Shown piece by piece: positions 48,187-58,032 of a stretch of 64,000 bases of DNA. Origin of the DNA: Candidatus Saccharimonadota bacterium (lineage in GTDB: Bacteria > Patescibacteriota > Saccharimonadia > UBA4664); assembly GCA_019352195.1 (NCBI GenBank), contig JACAFG010000005.1:156287-220286 (forward strand), in the 5' to 3' direction. Position 1 is the first letter of the stretch. Every line of letters begins with the position of its first letter. The notes beneath the pieces were generated by a model. That model did no database searches. It was not told the DNA's origin and was given only the letters and a program-made list of their open reading frames with translations. A program made the translations under genes and the position numbers.

Positions 48187-48686
48187 GCGAGCCTGTGGCC
48201 GAAGCGCCAATTTCAAATTCCGAAGCGCGAATTAAACGCCTGTTTTATATCTCGCTCATCATCAAAGGTGTCGACGCGGTGCTGCAGCTGGTTGGCGGCG
48301 TTTTGCTGCTGACGCTGCGCTCAACCCAAGTTGATTCAGCCGTGCGGTTTTTGGCGGATCATAGTTACGGCGGCGACCTCGACGATGCGTTATTTCGTCA
48401 TGCTTCCGGCTACTTGAGCCATCTGACCGGTGGGACAATTCGCTTTGTGGCGATTTATATCATTGTAGACGCGCTCCTGAAGTTGATTTTGATTCATGAA
48501 ATCTTTCATAAGCGGTACTGGGCCTATATTGGACTTATCTCGATCTTATCGGTATTGGTGGTCTATCAAACGTACCGGATTATTTTGAACCACTCGGTGA
48601 TCTTGATGGTTTTGACGGCGTTTGATCTTGTGATCATTTACTTGTCGGCGCATGAATATCGTCGTCATATGATGGCCGTCCACTAA
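48150..48686 (+). CDS. hypothetical membrane protein
   Basis: 4 TM ORF overlapping upstream gene end. Confidence 0.4.
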   Translation: MAGGAAKASQLVSEPVAEAPISNSEARIKRLFYISLIIKGVDAVLQLVGGVLLLTLRSTQVDSAVRFLADHSYGGDLDDALFRHASGYLSHLTGGTIRFVAIYIIVDALLKLILIHEIFHKRYWAYIGLISILSVLVVYQTYRIILNHSVILMVLTAFDLVIIYLSAHEYRRHMMAVH

Positions 48687-48708
48687 GCCTCTGAGGGCAC
48701 GGTTGTCC

Positions 48709-50229
48709 TTAGTAGCCAGAGAAATGGTCGGTTTTGATACTGCTCGTGGCGACTCCCAGGTCCTGAAGATACGCCTTCGTGGCATCGACCATGACGTTGG
48801 GGCCAGAAATGTAGAAGGTCCGCTGGACGGCGTCAGGAATGAGGCTCGAGAGCAGGTTGGTCGACAGTTTGCCGGTTATGGCGCCGGGCGCTGATACCCC
48901 AGTTTGGGTGATGATGGGGATAGTGGTCACGCCAACTTGGCGGGCGGCCTCAAATTCAGTCATGTAAGCGAGCTCGGCTGGATCTGATACGACGTAGAGT
49001 ACGACGACATCACTTTGGATACCTGAGTCAGTCAAATACTTCACCATGCTGCGAAACGGGGTTACCCCAATGCCGCCCGCAATGAGCGCCAGTTTTTGGT
49101 GGTCGTGTTTGCCTAAGGTGAAGTTCCCGCCCAACTGACTGGCGTAGAGCAAATCGCCTGGTTGGAGCTGCGCCATGGCGGCTTTAAAACTACTGGCCGG
49201 TTCATAGTACTTGATGCCGAGCTGCACGGTATTTTCCGTGGGAGAAGAGGCAATGGTAAACGTTCGGCGGTTGCCGCGGCTATCGTACGGTACGCCGGCT
49301 AAGGTCCACTCCATGTACTGACCTGGCAGAAACGTAAACGGCTGGTCGGGCTTAAAAACGTAGTTGTAGACGCGGTCGGAAATACGCTGAACTTCTTGGA
49401 GTTCGAGCCGCAACCGGAATTTTGGTGATACCAAGTAGGCGTAAACGTTACCAAGCAGGAGGGCTACCTCGGGGTAAATGATCAGGGGGCCAATTTGCCA
49501 AGCGGTGGCATATAAAATTCCGACGAAGACGCCAAAAACTAATTGCTTGTTCAGTCGTGGCGGCATTGTCGCTGGTTCAGTAAGCATAATGGTAGCTAAG
49601 AAGATGAGGGGCGAGCTAATCAGGGCCGCCTTCATATTGCTGCCAAAGGCCTGCTGGCCAAGGGAAAAGCTGAGTGCCTGCGTCACGATCGCGGTGGCGA
49701 CGAAACTTAGTACCATGGGAAAACGGCGGATCTTGCGGACGACCAGGAGCCCAAGAACCAGGGTAAACGGCCAGAAAATCGCGCTGCCAATCCACCAGGT
49801 AGTGGACTGAAGACCGGTGAGCCCAAGAATGGTGGCGGCTAACGCGGCCGGATTAAAGAAGTGCTTGGCGTTACGGGCGAGGAGAAATTTAGACGCGCTC
49901 GAGATGGCGCCACCTAGGATTAGGGCTACGGCCGAGGCGGAACTGGTCGCCGGATGGACAATCAAAAATAATATCAGCGCCGTAATGAGCCATGATTGGT
50001 TGTTGGTGGGCACGTCAAATAGTTTGGAAAAGCTAAAGTCGGTAATGAAGGCCGAGCCAAGCAGCAAAAATAGTGACACCACCATGGCCGTGGGACTGGC
50101 CGATAAGCGTCCGAGCATTGAGGCGCCAATGCCGATGGCTGCCAGAAGACTGAGCACGTAGACCACGAGGCGATACATGGTGATGCGGTTAAGCACAGCA
50201 TTAATGGGCTCAGAGATAGTTTTAAGCAT
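48709..50229 (-). CDS. polytopic membrane domain (NqrB/RnfD-like, ..HFFNPAA..) fused to FNR-type FAD/NAD-binding module
   Basis: C-terminal RTFTIAS (FAD) and GGIGVTPF (NAD); N-terminal ~8 TM. Confidence 0.55.
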   Translation of the reverse strand: MLKTISEPINAVLNRITMYRLVVYVLSLLAAIGIGASMLGRLSASPTAMVVSLFLLLGSAFITDFSFSKLFDVPTNNQSWLITALILFLIVHPATSSASAVALILGGAISSASKFLLARNAKHFFNPAALAATILGLTGLQSTTWWIGSAIFWPFTLVLGLLVVRKIRRFPMVLSFVATAIVTQALSFSLGQQAFGSNMKAALISSPLIFLATIMLTEPATMPPRLNKQLVFGVFVGILYATAWQIGPLIIYPEVALLLGNVYAYLVSPKFRLRLELQEVQRISDRVYNYVFKPDQPFTFLPGQYMEWTLAGVPYDSRGNRRTFTIASSPTENTVQLGIKYYEPASSFKAAMAQLQPGDLLYASQLGGNFTLGKHDHQKLALIAGGIGVTPFRSMVKYLTDSGIQSDVVVLYVVSDPAELAYMTEFEAARQVGVTTIPIITQTGVSAPGAITGKLSTNLLSSLIPDAVQRTFYISGPNVMVDATKAYLQDLGVATSSIKTDHFSGY

Positions 50230-50232
50230 ATT

Positions 50233-50748
50233 TTAGGCCTGGGCCTGCGAAGCGATTTGGTTTAGCGTCTGGACGAATCCGGAGGTTGTATCAGAAGCGC
50301 CTGAGATAACGTCAAGACTGAGCCCGCTCAGGCTTTTGCCGACGACATAGTTTTTGTAAGACGAGGCAAAATCTTGTTGGTAACTCGCAGAGGTGCTGTC
50401 GCCTTCACTATTTTGAATCGAAGCGTTGGTAATAACTCCGCCGACTAGTTTCACCTCGACACTAATAGATTCCTGACTGTGGGGCACCCGGTAGTTGGCT
50501 GATGCAGAATAGGTGCCATCTTTGTAGCCATTCGTGGTAGACGAGGCGGCTCCGGTCGCTGAGGGAGTGGCGGGCGTAGTTGTCGGCAGGCTGGAAGCTG
50601 ACGTCGAGACGGTTGACAGCGTGCTGACGGCGGAGGTTTGGTTGGATTTGATCTTATCAATCGTGATAACGGTACCCCCGATGACGGCGACGCTAATCAG
50701 GGTTGCTAAAATTTTAGTCTTGCCGTGTTGTTCGTACGTTGTCAGCAT
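50233..50748 (-). CDS. membrane-anchored extracytoplasmic FMN-binding (FMN_bind) protein, probable ApbE substrate
   Basis: TM, Ser/Thr linker, ..DGTYSASANY.. and D-V-I-S-G-A-S-D-T-T flavinylation-type motif. Confidence 0.6.
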   Translation of the reverse strand: MLTTYEQHGKTKILATLISVAVIGGTVITIDKIKSNQTSAVSTLSTVSTSASSLPTTTPATPSATGAASSTTNGYKDGTYSASANYRVPHSQESISVEVKLVGGVITNASIQNSEGDSTSASYQQDFASSYKNYVVGKSLSGLSLDVISGASDTTSGFVQTLNQIASQAQA

Positions 50749-50815
50749 GCGGTCTCCGTCATTATTGTTACGTTAGTACCAGTCTAATGAAGCTGGTTGA
50801 GTCTATCCTGAGGAC

Positions 50816-51463
50816 TTATTGAGCTATATCTGAAGCCTTGGCGAAGGGAATATACCAGTGCGCAATCGCACCGATGAGGAGTAGGCTCAGGCACCAGCCA
50901 GCCAGGACATCGCTCGGATAATGGACGCCTAAATAGATGCGCGAGGCGCCGACGGCCAAGGCGTACATGACACCTAAGGTGAGCGCAAGGTAGCGCCATT
51001 TCGTGTTCCATACCAAATAGATAATGGCGAGCGCAAAGGCGCTACTGATGAGGCTGTGCCCGCTCGGAAACGACTGCCCTGTCTCCACCACTAGATGAGA
51101 TAAATAGCTGGGGCGCACGCGGCCAATGATGACTTTGAAGACGTAAGCTAGAACAACGGCGCCGAGAACTCCGGCGGTGATGATGCCGAGCTCAAAGTGT
51201 TTGCGTTTTGAAATGAGCCCAAATCCAAGAATAGCCACTGAGACTAAGACAACGGGAGTGCTTCCCACATCAGTAATGAGATGAAATAAAACCGTGTGGT
51301 TGGGCGAGCGGAGGTTGCCAAAAAACTGCATTATGGGTTGGTCGAACCATATTTGACGATGGGAGACGACCGCAATAGCTAAGGCGATAAAAATGGTGGC
51401 CGGAATCAGGTAAGCGAGATAATAGGGGCTAACTGAGCGGTTGGGATTAGGTGTGAGTTTCAT
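50816..51463 (-). CDS. PAP2-family membrane phosphatase
   Basis: KxxxxxxRP / PSGH / SRxxxxxHxxxD (SFPSGHSL; ASRIYLGVHYPSDV). Confidence 0.75.
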   Translation of the reverse strand: MKLTPNPNRSVSPYYLAYLIPATIFIALAIAVVSHRQIWFDQPIMQFFGNLRSPNHTVLFHLITDVGSTPVVLVSVAILGFGLISKRKHFELGIITAGVLGAVVLAYVFKVIIGRVRPSYLSHLVVETGQSFPSGHSLISSAFALAIIYLVWNTKWRYLALTLGVMYALAVGASRIYLGVHYPSDVLAGWCLSLLLIGAIAHWYIPFAKASDIAQ

Positions 51464-51515
51464 GCTGCCTTATTATACGGTTTTCGCATGGGACTAGCGT
51501 GAGAATGGACCCGCT

Positions 51516-52523
51516 CTAGCTATGATGAGGGTTGGCTTGTGGCACAACGAGGGTAACCGTCGTACCTTTACCGACGGTTGATTTTATGTCAATTCGTCCG
51601 TTATGCAGCTTGATGATTTGGCGCACCAGCGCGAGCCCCAGTCCATGTCCGGGTGAATTCCGGGCGGCCTCGGCGCGCCAAAACCGCCGGGACGTTGCTC
51701 TGATCTCCTCGTCGGTCATGCCTATCCCCTGGTCGGTCACGGTGATGATGATGTCAGCGTTGTGGGACGTGGCGGCAACCGTTATGGGGGTATCGACCGC
51801 GGAGTATTTGACGGCGTTATCAATGAGATTCTTGATAGCTTGCTCGAGCAGAGCGGAGGAGCCCATCACCGTCAGATTGGTCGGGGTATTCAGATGGATA
51901 CGACTCGCAACGTCCGGCGCTGCGGTTCGCGTAGCTCTGACACTGCGAGTCATGAGCTGATACACATTGAGAGGTTGAAACTGCGCCGTCACTTGATCTG
52001 CCTTGCCTCTCGCTAGCAGCAGGAGGCTTGCGACCAGGTCAGACAAGGCTTTGGTTTCGGTCAGACTGGCAGCAATTGACGCCTGGTAATGCTCGGGACT
52101 ACGTGGGCGGCGGAGCGCAAGTTCGAGTTCGCCTTGAATAATACTGAGCGGTGTTCGCAGCTCGTGGGAGGCGTCATCAACGAATCGCTGCTGCGTTTCG
52201 TAAGACACTTGAATCGGTCTCAGGGCGCGCCGAGCCATTTGGTAACTTACAATCGGGATAATAAGGACGACTAAAGCGTCGGCAATAAGCAAGCCAGCCT
52301 GAAGCTCGTCGAGTCCCTCGTCGACCGTATTATGGATGTCTCGTTGGCGGATACTACTGTGCTCAAGATCACTATGCTGCAAGTCTGAGGTAATATTTGA
52401 CTCATAGTTGCTGGCGAACGTGCGGTTCATATAGTAGTAAATGCTCACACTAAAGAGCCCGACCAAGCCAATGAGTAGAATCGAGTATTGCCAAGTAAGG
52501 TTAATGACAGTTTTACGAAACAT
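51516..52523 (-). CDS. sensor histidine kinase
   Basis: H-box SHELRTPL, N/G boxes DNAVKYS, DQGIGM, GHGLGL. Confidence 0.85.
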   Translation of the reverse strand: MFRKTVINLTWQYSILLIGLVGLFSVSIYYYMNRTFASNYESNITSDLQHSDLEHSSIRQRDIHNTVDEGLDELQAGLLIADALVVLIIPIVSYQMARRALRPIQVSYETQQRFVDDASHELRTPLSIIQGELELALRRPRSPEHYQASIAASLTETKALSDLVASLLLLARGKADQVTAQFQPLNVYQLMTRSVRATRTAAPDVASRIHLNTPTNLTVMGSSALLEQAIKNLIDNAVKYSAVDTPITVAATSHNADIIITVTDQGIGMTDEEIRATSRRFWRAEAARNSPGHGLGLALVRQIIKLHNGRIDIKSTVGKGTTVTLVVPQANPHHS

Positions 52524-53203
52524 TAGGCCTGTTTGCCGATCATATAGCCAGCGCCTCGGCGGGTCTCAATGATATCGGGCTCGCCGCCTGCGGTGAGTTT
52601 CTTGCGAACGTAGCGAATATAGGTTTCGACGACATTGCTGAGACCGTCATACTCATAGTCCCAAGCGTGCTCGAGCAGTTCAGATTGACTGACAATTCTG
52701 CCGGCATGCCGCACCAGATAATCAAGAACAGCGTACTCCTTGGCGGTAAGCTCGATAACTCGGCTGCCTCGGACAGCGCGGCGCGTGGCAGGCTCTAGGG
52801 TGAGGTCATCAATCGTGAGTGAAGTCAGCTGGGCCTTGGCGGCTCGTCGCAGCAGAGCGCGGATTCTGGCCAACAGCTCGTCTAAGTTAAACGGTTTCGT
52901 GAGGTAATCATCGGCCCCAGCATCAAGTCCGGAAACTTTGCTGTCTGGTGAGTCGAGCGCGGTTAGCATGAGGATCGGCAGGTGGTGTCCCCGCCCCCGA
53001 ATTTGGCGGCATAACTCGATACCGCCACCGGCGATTCCCGGAATGAGTAAATCGAGAATGACCAAATCATACGCTTCAGCGTCGAGCGCGTCGTTAGCCT
53101 GGGCCGCGTCTAAAGCCACGCGCACCGTATAGCTGGCTTCGGTTAGAGCGCGGTTGATGAGGCTGGCGATTTTGACTTCATCTTCAATGACTAATAGTTT
53201 CAT
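52523..53203 (-). CDS. OmpR-family response regulator
   Basis: receiver (LLVIEDE..DLLIPG) plus winged-helix (..LTAKEYAVLDYLV..). Confidence 0.85.
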   Translation of the reverse strand: MKLLVIEDEVKIASLINRALTEASYTVRVALDAAQANDALDAEAYDLVILDLLIPGIAGGGIELCRQIRGRGHHLPILMLTALDSPDSKVSGLDAGADDYLTKPFNLDELLARIRALLRRAAKAQLTSLTIDDLTLEPATRRAVRGSRVIELTAKEYAVLDYLVRHAGRIVSQSELLEHAWDYEYDGLSNVVETYIRYVRKKLTAGGEPDIIETRRGAGYMIGKQA

Positions 53204-53281
53204 GCAGCTCCGTGTAGCTGTAGTACACCATATTCATCCTGATATGACCATGAGAAAGCTCACCGCGACATCGATTAAGTC

Positions 53282-54190
53282 CTATTTTAAGGTCGCAATG
53301 TCGATAACAAAGCGGTAACGCACGTCAGATTTTACGACGCGTTCGTACGCCTCATCAATAGCGTCGGCGGAGATAACTTCGATCTCGGCACCTAAATGAT
53401 GTTCGGCGCAAAAATCGAGCATTTCCTGAGTTTGCTCGATACCGCCAATCAGCGACCCGGCAAAGGAGCGGCGTTGCCCAATGAGCGAGAAGACGTTGAG
53501 CGATAGCGGTTTGGGCGGAGCGCCGACATTTACCAGCTTGAGGCCATCATCTTTTTTCGATAGCGACTGCGACAACACGGTGACTTCGGCGCCGAGGGCA
53601 TGCGCCAGCTTGACGGCCATGTGACCGAGACCCCCAAGACCGACAATCGCAACTTGTTTACCAGGACCAGCGCCCCAGTGCTTAAGCGGCGAGTAGGTGG
53701 TGATGCCGGCACACAACAACGGTGCCGCGGCGTCCAGTTCGATGTCTTCGGGGATGCTAAGGACAAAGCCTTCGGTTACCACCACATGCGTTGAGTAGCC
53801 GCCAAGGGTTGGGCTGCCGTCGCCATAGGTATCGACGGAGGCGTACGTCCCGGTCATACCACGCAGGCAAAATCGTTGCTCGCCTTTCAGGCAGTTAGCG
53901 CACTCGCCGCACGAGTTAACCATACAGCCGACGCCGACCCGGTCGCCGACTTTGTGCTTGGTGACTTCAGAACCTACTTCGGCCACGATGCCCGCTATCT
54001 CGTGTCCGGGGACGAGGGGGTAGGTTTCAGACTGCCACTCGCCACGGACGTGATGAATGTCGGAATGACAAATGCCAGCGTATTTAATTTCGATGAGGAC
54101 GTCCCTCGCGCCGACCTCGCGGCGATCGATGGTTGCGGGTTCGAAACTGCCATTGGCCTCTAAAATGGCGCGTGCCTTAACTTGCTTCAT
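53282..54190 (-). CDS. zinc-dependent alcohol dehydrogenase (MDR family)
   Basis: GHEIAGIV, structural Zn CGECANC, GLGGLGH Rossmann motif. Confidence 0.8.
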   Translation of the reverse strand: MKQVKARAILEANGSFEPATIDRREVGARDVLIEIKYAGICHSDIHHVRGEWQSETYPLVPGHEIAGIVAEVGSEVTKHKVGDRVGVGCMVNSCGECANCLKGEQRFCLRGMTGTYASVDTYGDGSPTLGGYSTHVVVTEGFVLSIPEDIELDAAAPLLCAGITTYSPLKHWGAGPGKQVAIVGLGGLGHMAVKLAHALGAEVTVLSQSLSKKDDGLKLVNVGAPPKPLSLNVFSLIGQRRSFAGSLIGGIEQTQEMLDFCAEHHLGAEIEVISADAIDEAYERVVKSDVRYRFVIDIATLK

Positions 54191-54479
54191 AAAATTCTCC
54201 TTTCTATGGGTTTACCCTATAGCCAGATGTAAGTCATTGGCGATTATTGCAGGGTGCGAAGTAAATTGATGATGCTAATTGATTTAATTGGCAAAATATT
54301 GTTTTCTTTTGGCACGTCGGTGGCAGAGGTGAGACAATGATCACAGCTAGGAACGTGATGGTCTGTGGCCTGCATTATGTTGATTTGGTTTGATGGCGCT
54401 GAGCTGCCATCAAATTATCTCCTTATTCAAGCGCATTAATGCTCTATTATCGCTGGCCGATGAGTTAGCAGGGAGCCAT

Positions 54480-54839
54480 ATGAAATCACTTTCACCCGAA
54501 GAGGCACTTAAAATTGCCGTTGAAAAACGAATCCTGAATGAATTTGGGTCAAAAATTCTCAACGAGGAACGCCTAGACAAAGTCCTCAGTTACCATGATA
54601 AAGCTGACCGTCGACTGGCCGTCCACTCGGTCATGTCGTTTCATTGTGAGTGCGATGACGCCACTTGTGAGGAAACGATCGAGTTATCGACCGAAGAATA
54701 CGTCCAAATGCACCATAAAACCAAGCAGTTTATCGTCGTGCCATCGCACGTGCGATTGGATCTCGAAGAGATTATTAGCAGTTTTGGAAAGTACGCTCTC
54801 GTAGCTAAGTATTTCCCCCACACCAACTTTTCCGATTAG
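54480..54839 (+). CDS. hypothetical Cys-containing small protein
   Basis: ORF; start at internal Met. Confidence 0.35.
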   Translation: MKSLSPEEALKIAVEKRILNEFGSKILNEERLDKVLSYHDKADRRLAVHSVMSFHCECDDATCEETIELSTEEYVQMHHKTKQFIVVPSHVRLDLEEIISSFGKYALVAKYFPHTNFSD

Positions 54840-55306
54840 TTGGTTGGCTTGGGGGTGTCTTCGAGCTGGATCTCCATGTGCTTGAGGAGGCGGCCGTTCA
54901 GCTCTTCAATTTTGAGCAGGGCGGTCTGGAAGTCAGTTATATCGATGGCAATGGTATAAATTCCAACGACCACGTCATCTTCAATAATCGGCTCGACCCG
55001 GATGTCGTTGTAGAAGATCTCCCCGTTCTTACCTTCAACTAAGGTACTCTTAAACATTTCTCGCACGCCGTGCTTACCTTTGAGGGCTCGTTGTTTGATG
55101 GCCGTCAGCTTAGCGGCTTCGCGAGCCGGCAGCCAATCGGCATCGGTTTTACCGACCAGGTTTTCGCGCGCCATTCCTTCATGCGTGTTGAAGAAATGAG
55201 TGTAGCGCAAATGCACATCCTGCTGTGAGACAGTGACGCCGGAATTTTGCAGGGCTTTTTCAAGGACGTTTCGACTCGCGATAATCTCGGATAAAATCTT
55301 GTCCAT
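54836..55306 (-). CDS. stand-alone PAS-domain protein
   Basis: PAS-like core; GAGGA SD before ATG 55304-55306. Confidence 0.5.
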   Translation of the reverse strand: MDKILSEIIASRNVLEKALQNSGVTVSQQDVHLRYTHFFNTHEGMARENLVGKTDADWLPAREAAKLTAIKQRALKGKHGVREMFKSTLVEGKNGEIFYNDIRVEPIIEDDVVVGIYTIAIDITDFQTALLKIEELNGRLLKHMEIQLEDTPKPTN

Positions 55307-55487
55307 GGTGGGTCCTCGTTGTCGATACTTGGTTGATGTGACTACTATACGTTCCAGTTTGCACCATAACGGGGTCATTGCCATTGGGTAGTTCTCCTAC
55401 AATGTGAAGCAACTTGCAGTGAGTTCTGTGAATGGCCTGAGTCTACGAAAAACCCCAAGCGCGGGGTTTTCCGTAGCTTGGGGCGGG

Positions 55488-55817
55488 TTAGTCCACCGTG
55501 AGGCGGTAGACCATATAGCTGGTGTCGACGTTGTTTTGGCCGGTAGCTTCATCGAAGGTGATGAGGTAGCTGGCGTGGACCGACACGAAGGGCATGAGAT
55601 GTACTTCGGCGGCGAGGCGGTCAGTGAAGAGGCGTTGGAGGGTCAAGAGTTCGAGTCCCGAGGCGCCCGATCGGCAGATCACGAGCTCCACTTTGAAGCG
55701 ACGATCGCCGTTGGCGTAGCGCTTTTCGAGCTCACTGAAGGCCATGACCGCAAACCATTCCACCTGCCGAACGAACTCTTCGAGTCTGGAAGCACGGCTG
55801 TCGAGTAGTGTCGTCAT
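55488..55817 (-). CDS. hypothetical protein
   Basis: ORF coupled to upstream gene. Confidence 0.35.
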   Translation of the reverse strand: MTTLLDSRASRLEEFVRQVEWFAVMAFSELEKRYANGDRRFKVELVICRSGASGLELLTLQRLFTDRLAAEVHLMPFVSVHASYLITFDEATGQNNVDTSYMVYRLTVD

Positions 55818-55819
55818 GA

Positions 55820-56245
55820 CTACTCCTTGGACGGGTTGGCGGCGGAGGTCGCGAGGCGGGTTGGTTCGTTGCGTTCGAGTAGTTCCAGATGGAGTGTGAG
55901 GTGCCTGATCAATTCGGCGCTGGTGATGCCGCACTCGGCGAGACCGATGTATTCATGGCTGATCAGACGCGTCAACTCAGCCGCGTAGGAACTGCCAGGG
56001 TGAGACTTGAGCCAGTCAACGGCTCGTTTGGCATCTGCTAGGGCGCAGGGTCGCCTGAAACCTGAGACCTCACGGTGGTTCGTCCCCAGTGCCTCGTAGT
56101 TGTCACCACTCTGGCTTAGGTACTGGACCAAAGCGAAGTAGGCAGCCAAAGTGCATTCATCGGGGTGATTGCGGAGGGTATCCAGATACTGCCGGGCAAT
56201 GTAGTAAGCTGCTTCGTCGTGTATTCCCATATAGCTCACATCCAA
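55820..56245 (-). CDS. hypothetical protein
   Basis: ORF. Confidence 0.35.
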   Translation of the reverse strand: MDVSYMGIHDEAAYYIARQYLDTLRNHPDECTLAAYFALVQYLSQSGDNYEALGTNHREVSGFRRPCALADAKRAVDWLKSHPGSSYAAELTRLISHEYIGLAECGITSAELIRHLTLHLELLERNEPTRLATSAANPSKE

Positions 56246-56363
56246 AGTGTTTTGAGGTGGGTGAAACGAATAATCTATTATAGCATTAATCTAGTTAAAA
56301 GCAAGGGGATGAGCAGACAAACAAGCCGGACAAATTGTCCGGCTTGTTTGCGGTGCGTGAGGC

Positions 56364-56717
56364 CTAATTCCAGGGCGCGGCTACCTGCAGGTAGTTACCG
56401 TCGGGATCCGCTACAGTGGCCAGCCACATCGGGTTATCAGGGCTGGGATGATAGGGCTCGGCGATGCTCGTGGCGCCCAGCTTAATGAGCTCATTATATG
56501 AGGCTGGTACGTCTTCGACTTCAAGGGTGAGCATAATGCGGGCGGGGGCGGTGTTTTGACCGGTCACTTCGCTATGGCCGCCAATCATGATTTGGGCGCC
56601 GTCTTGCCAGCCGTACCAGGTATCTTCTTGCATGCCAGGTTTACCGAGAATTTTAGTGTAGAATTCGCCGAGAGCTTTGGGGTTGTCCGATCCAACCATA
56701 GTGCCGCTAAACTTCAT
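56364..56717 (-). CDS. VOC/glyoxalase-family protein
   Basis: 117 aa, paired beta-alpha-beta-beta-beta pattern. Confidence 0.55.
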   Translation of the reverse strand: MKFSGTMVGSDNPKALGEFYTKILGKPGMQEDTWYGWQDGAQIMIGGHSEVTGQNTAPARIMLTLEVEDVPASYNELIKLGATSIAEPYHPSPDNPMWLATVADPDGNYLQVAAPWN

Positions 56718-56739
56718 GAACGTGCTCCTTATATGGAAG

Positions 56740-57618
56740 CTAAAAACCTGATCTAGTTTCTAATTCGGCTTTTATCAGGCGCCCAAGATCGCTGATGGTA
56801 AAACGCTTATCGGTTTGGATGTGGCGGCTGATCTGGCCCAAAATAAAGGCACCAGTAGCCAGACCCTCTCGTCGCCGGGCGGGGTTTTGCATCCAAAATA
56901 CGCTCGCCAGCGCATAATAAGCGGCTGGATACAGACTCAAGCGATAGTCGGTAGGGGTCACAATGAGCGGTTGGCCGGGCACGGCAATAATAATTTCAGT
57001 GCCATAAACGAGCATAGAAGCGGCCATCTGGGCCGACACCGAGGCCACGATCTCGAGCTTGTTGATGAGGCCGCCACCGGGACGGATTTGGACAGCGACA
57101 CCGAGCTGATCGGCAAGTTTGAAGACTTGGGGCATAGTCAGTACGAGCAAATTATCAGCGCTTTTAAGCAAGGTGTGCGGGTTCGATAGACTGAGCGTAA
57201 TAGCTTCGTCAAACGCGATGACGGGGCGCACGGTTTCACCAATAAACCGGTCGATCAGAATGGCTGTTTCGCTATTGCTCGACAGGCTTACCCCGAGCGC
57301 GACGGCTTCCATATCTTCGCTTAGCTCGAGTAAACGCCCAAGCGCTTCACGGCCCAGCGAGCCCGATGGGCTTGAGGCGACGAAAGTGGTGCTCGGGGTA
57401 CCTGCGAGCAATTTTAACAGCGCGTCGGGCAGCGCCACCAGGCACTCCCCTGCCCCAGCGGCCCCGGCCAGCGCAAAGAGGGCCGTGGGTTGGCTCAGCT
57501 CCCCGGTATGGCCGCCTGCAATTAGCAAACGCCCTGCCCCACCACGGGTAACAGGGCGATTGAAGAGAATGGCCGGGAAAAGCGGGCTGTCGTCTTGGCG
57601 GATAAAGTTGGGCGTCAT
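56740..57618 (-). CDS. YjeF C-terminal-domain carbohydrate kinase (NAD(P)H-hydrate dehydratase-like)
   Basis: ..RGGAGRLLIAGG..ALFALAGAAGAGECLVALP.. matches YjeF_C N-terminal region. Confidence 0.5.
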   Translation of the reverse strand: MTPNFIRQDDSPLFPAILFNRPVTRGGAGRLLIAGGHTGELSQPTALFALAGAAGAGECLVALPDALLKLLAGTPSTTFVASSPSGSLGREALGRLLELSEDMEAVALGVSLSSNSETAILIDRFIGETVRPVIAFDEAITLSLSNPHTLLKSADNLLVLTMPQVFKLADQLGVAVQIRPGGGLINKLEIVASVSAQMAASMLVYGTEIIIAVPGQPLIVTPTDYRLSLYPAAYYALASVFWMQNPARRREGLATGAFILGQISRHIQTDKRFTISDLGRLIKAELETRSGF

Positions 57619-57650
57619 GCGGGTATTATAGGGACGCTTCCTACTTGAGG

Positions 57651-57914
57651 CTAGGCTTGGCCGCTTTTCGTCTCGGGTTCAATGGGACTTTCGTCGTACA
57701 TCGCCAGTTCATCGGGACGCAGACTTTCGTAATACATGGGAGCTTTAGCGCCCAATTGACTGCGTTCAACCAGCTCGTCAGCAAATTCCGGTTCAAAGCC
57801 GAGCCGGATAATTTGTTGCGCTTTACTCGCCGCGTCAACGCCGGAAGTTAATATTTCTTCTAGTCGTCGTTCTTGCCACATGGCGTCTTTCTCGCTCATG
57901 GTACCCTCCACCAC
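57651..57914 (-). CDS. small acidic hypothetical protein
   Basis: ORF. Confidence 0.35.
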   Translation of the reverse strand: MVEGTMSEKDAMWQERRLEEILTSGVDAASKAQQIIRLGFEPEFADELVERSQLGAKAPMYYESLRPDELAMYDESPIEPETKSGQA

Positions 57915-58032
57915 TTATTGAATTTCACTATACGACGTGACACATTATGCCAGCATTGGCGTTTTATCCAATCGCATAACAAATTTGCGTCCGCTTTTTG
58001 GACTCGTCTGGACGTCCGTGCATAATAGCGTC

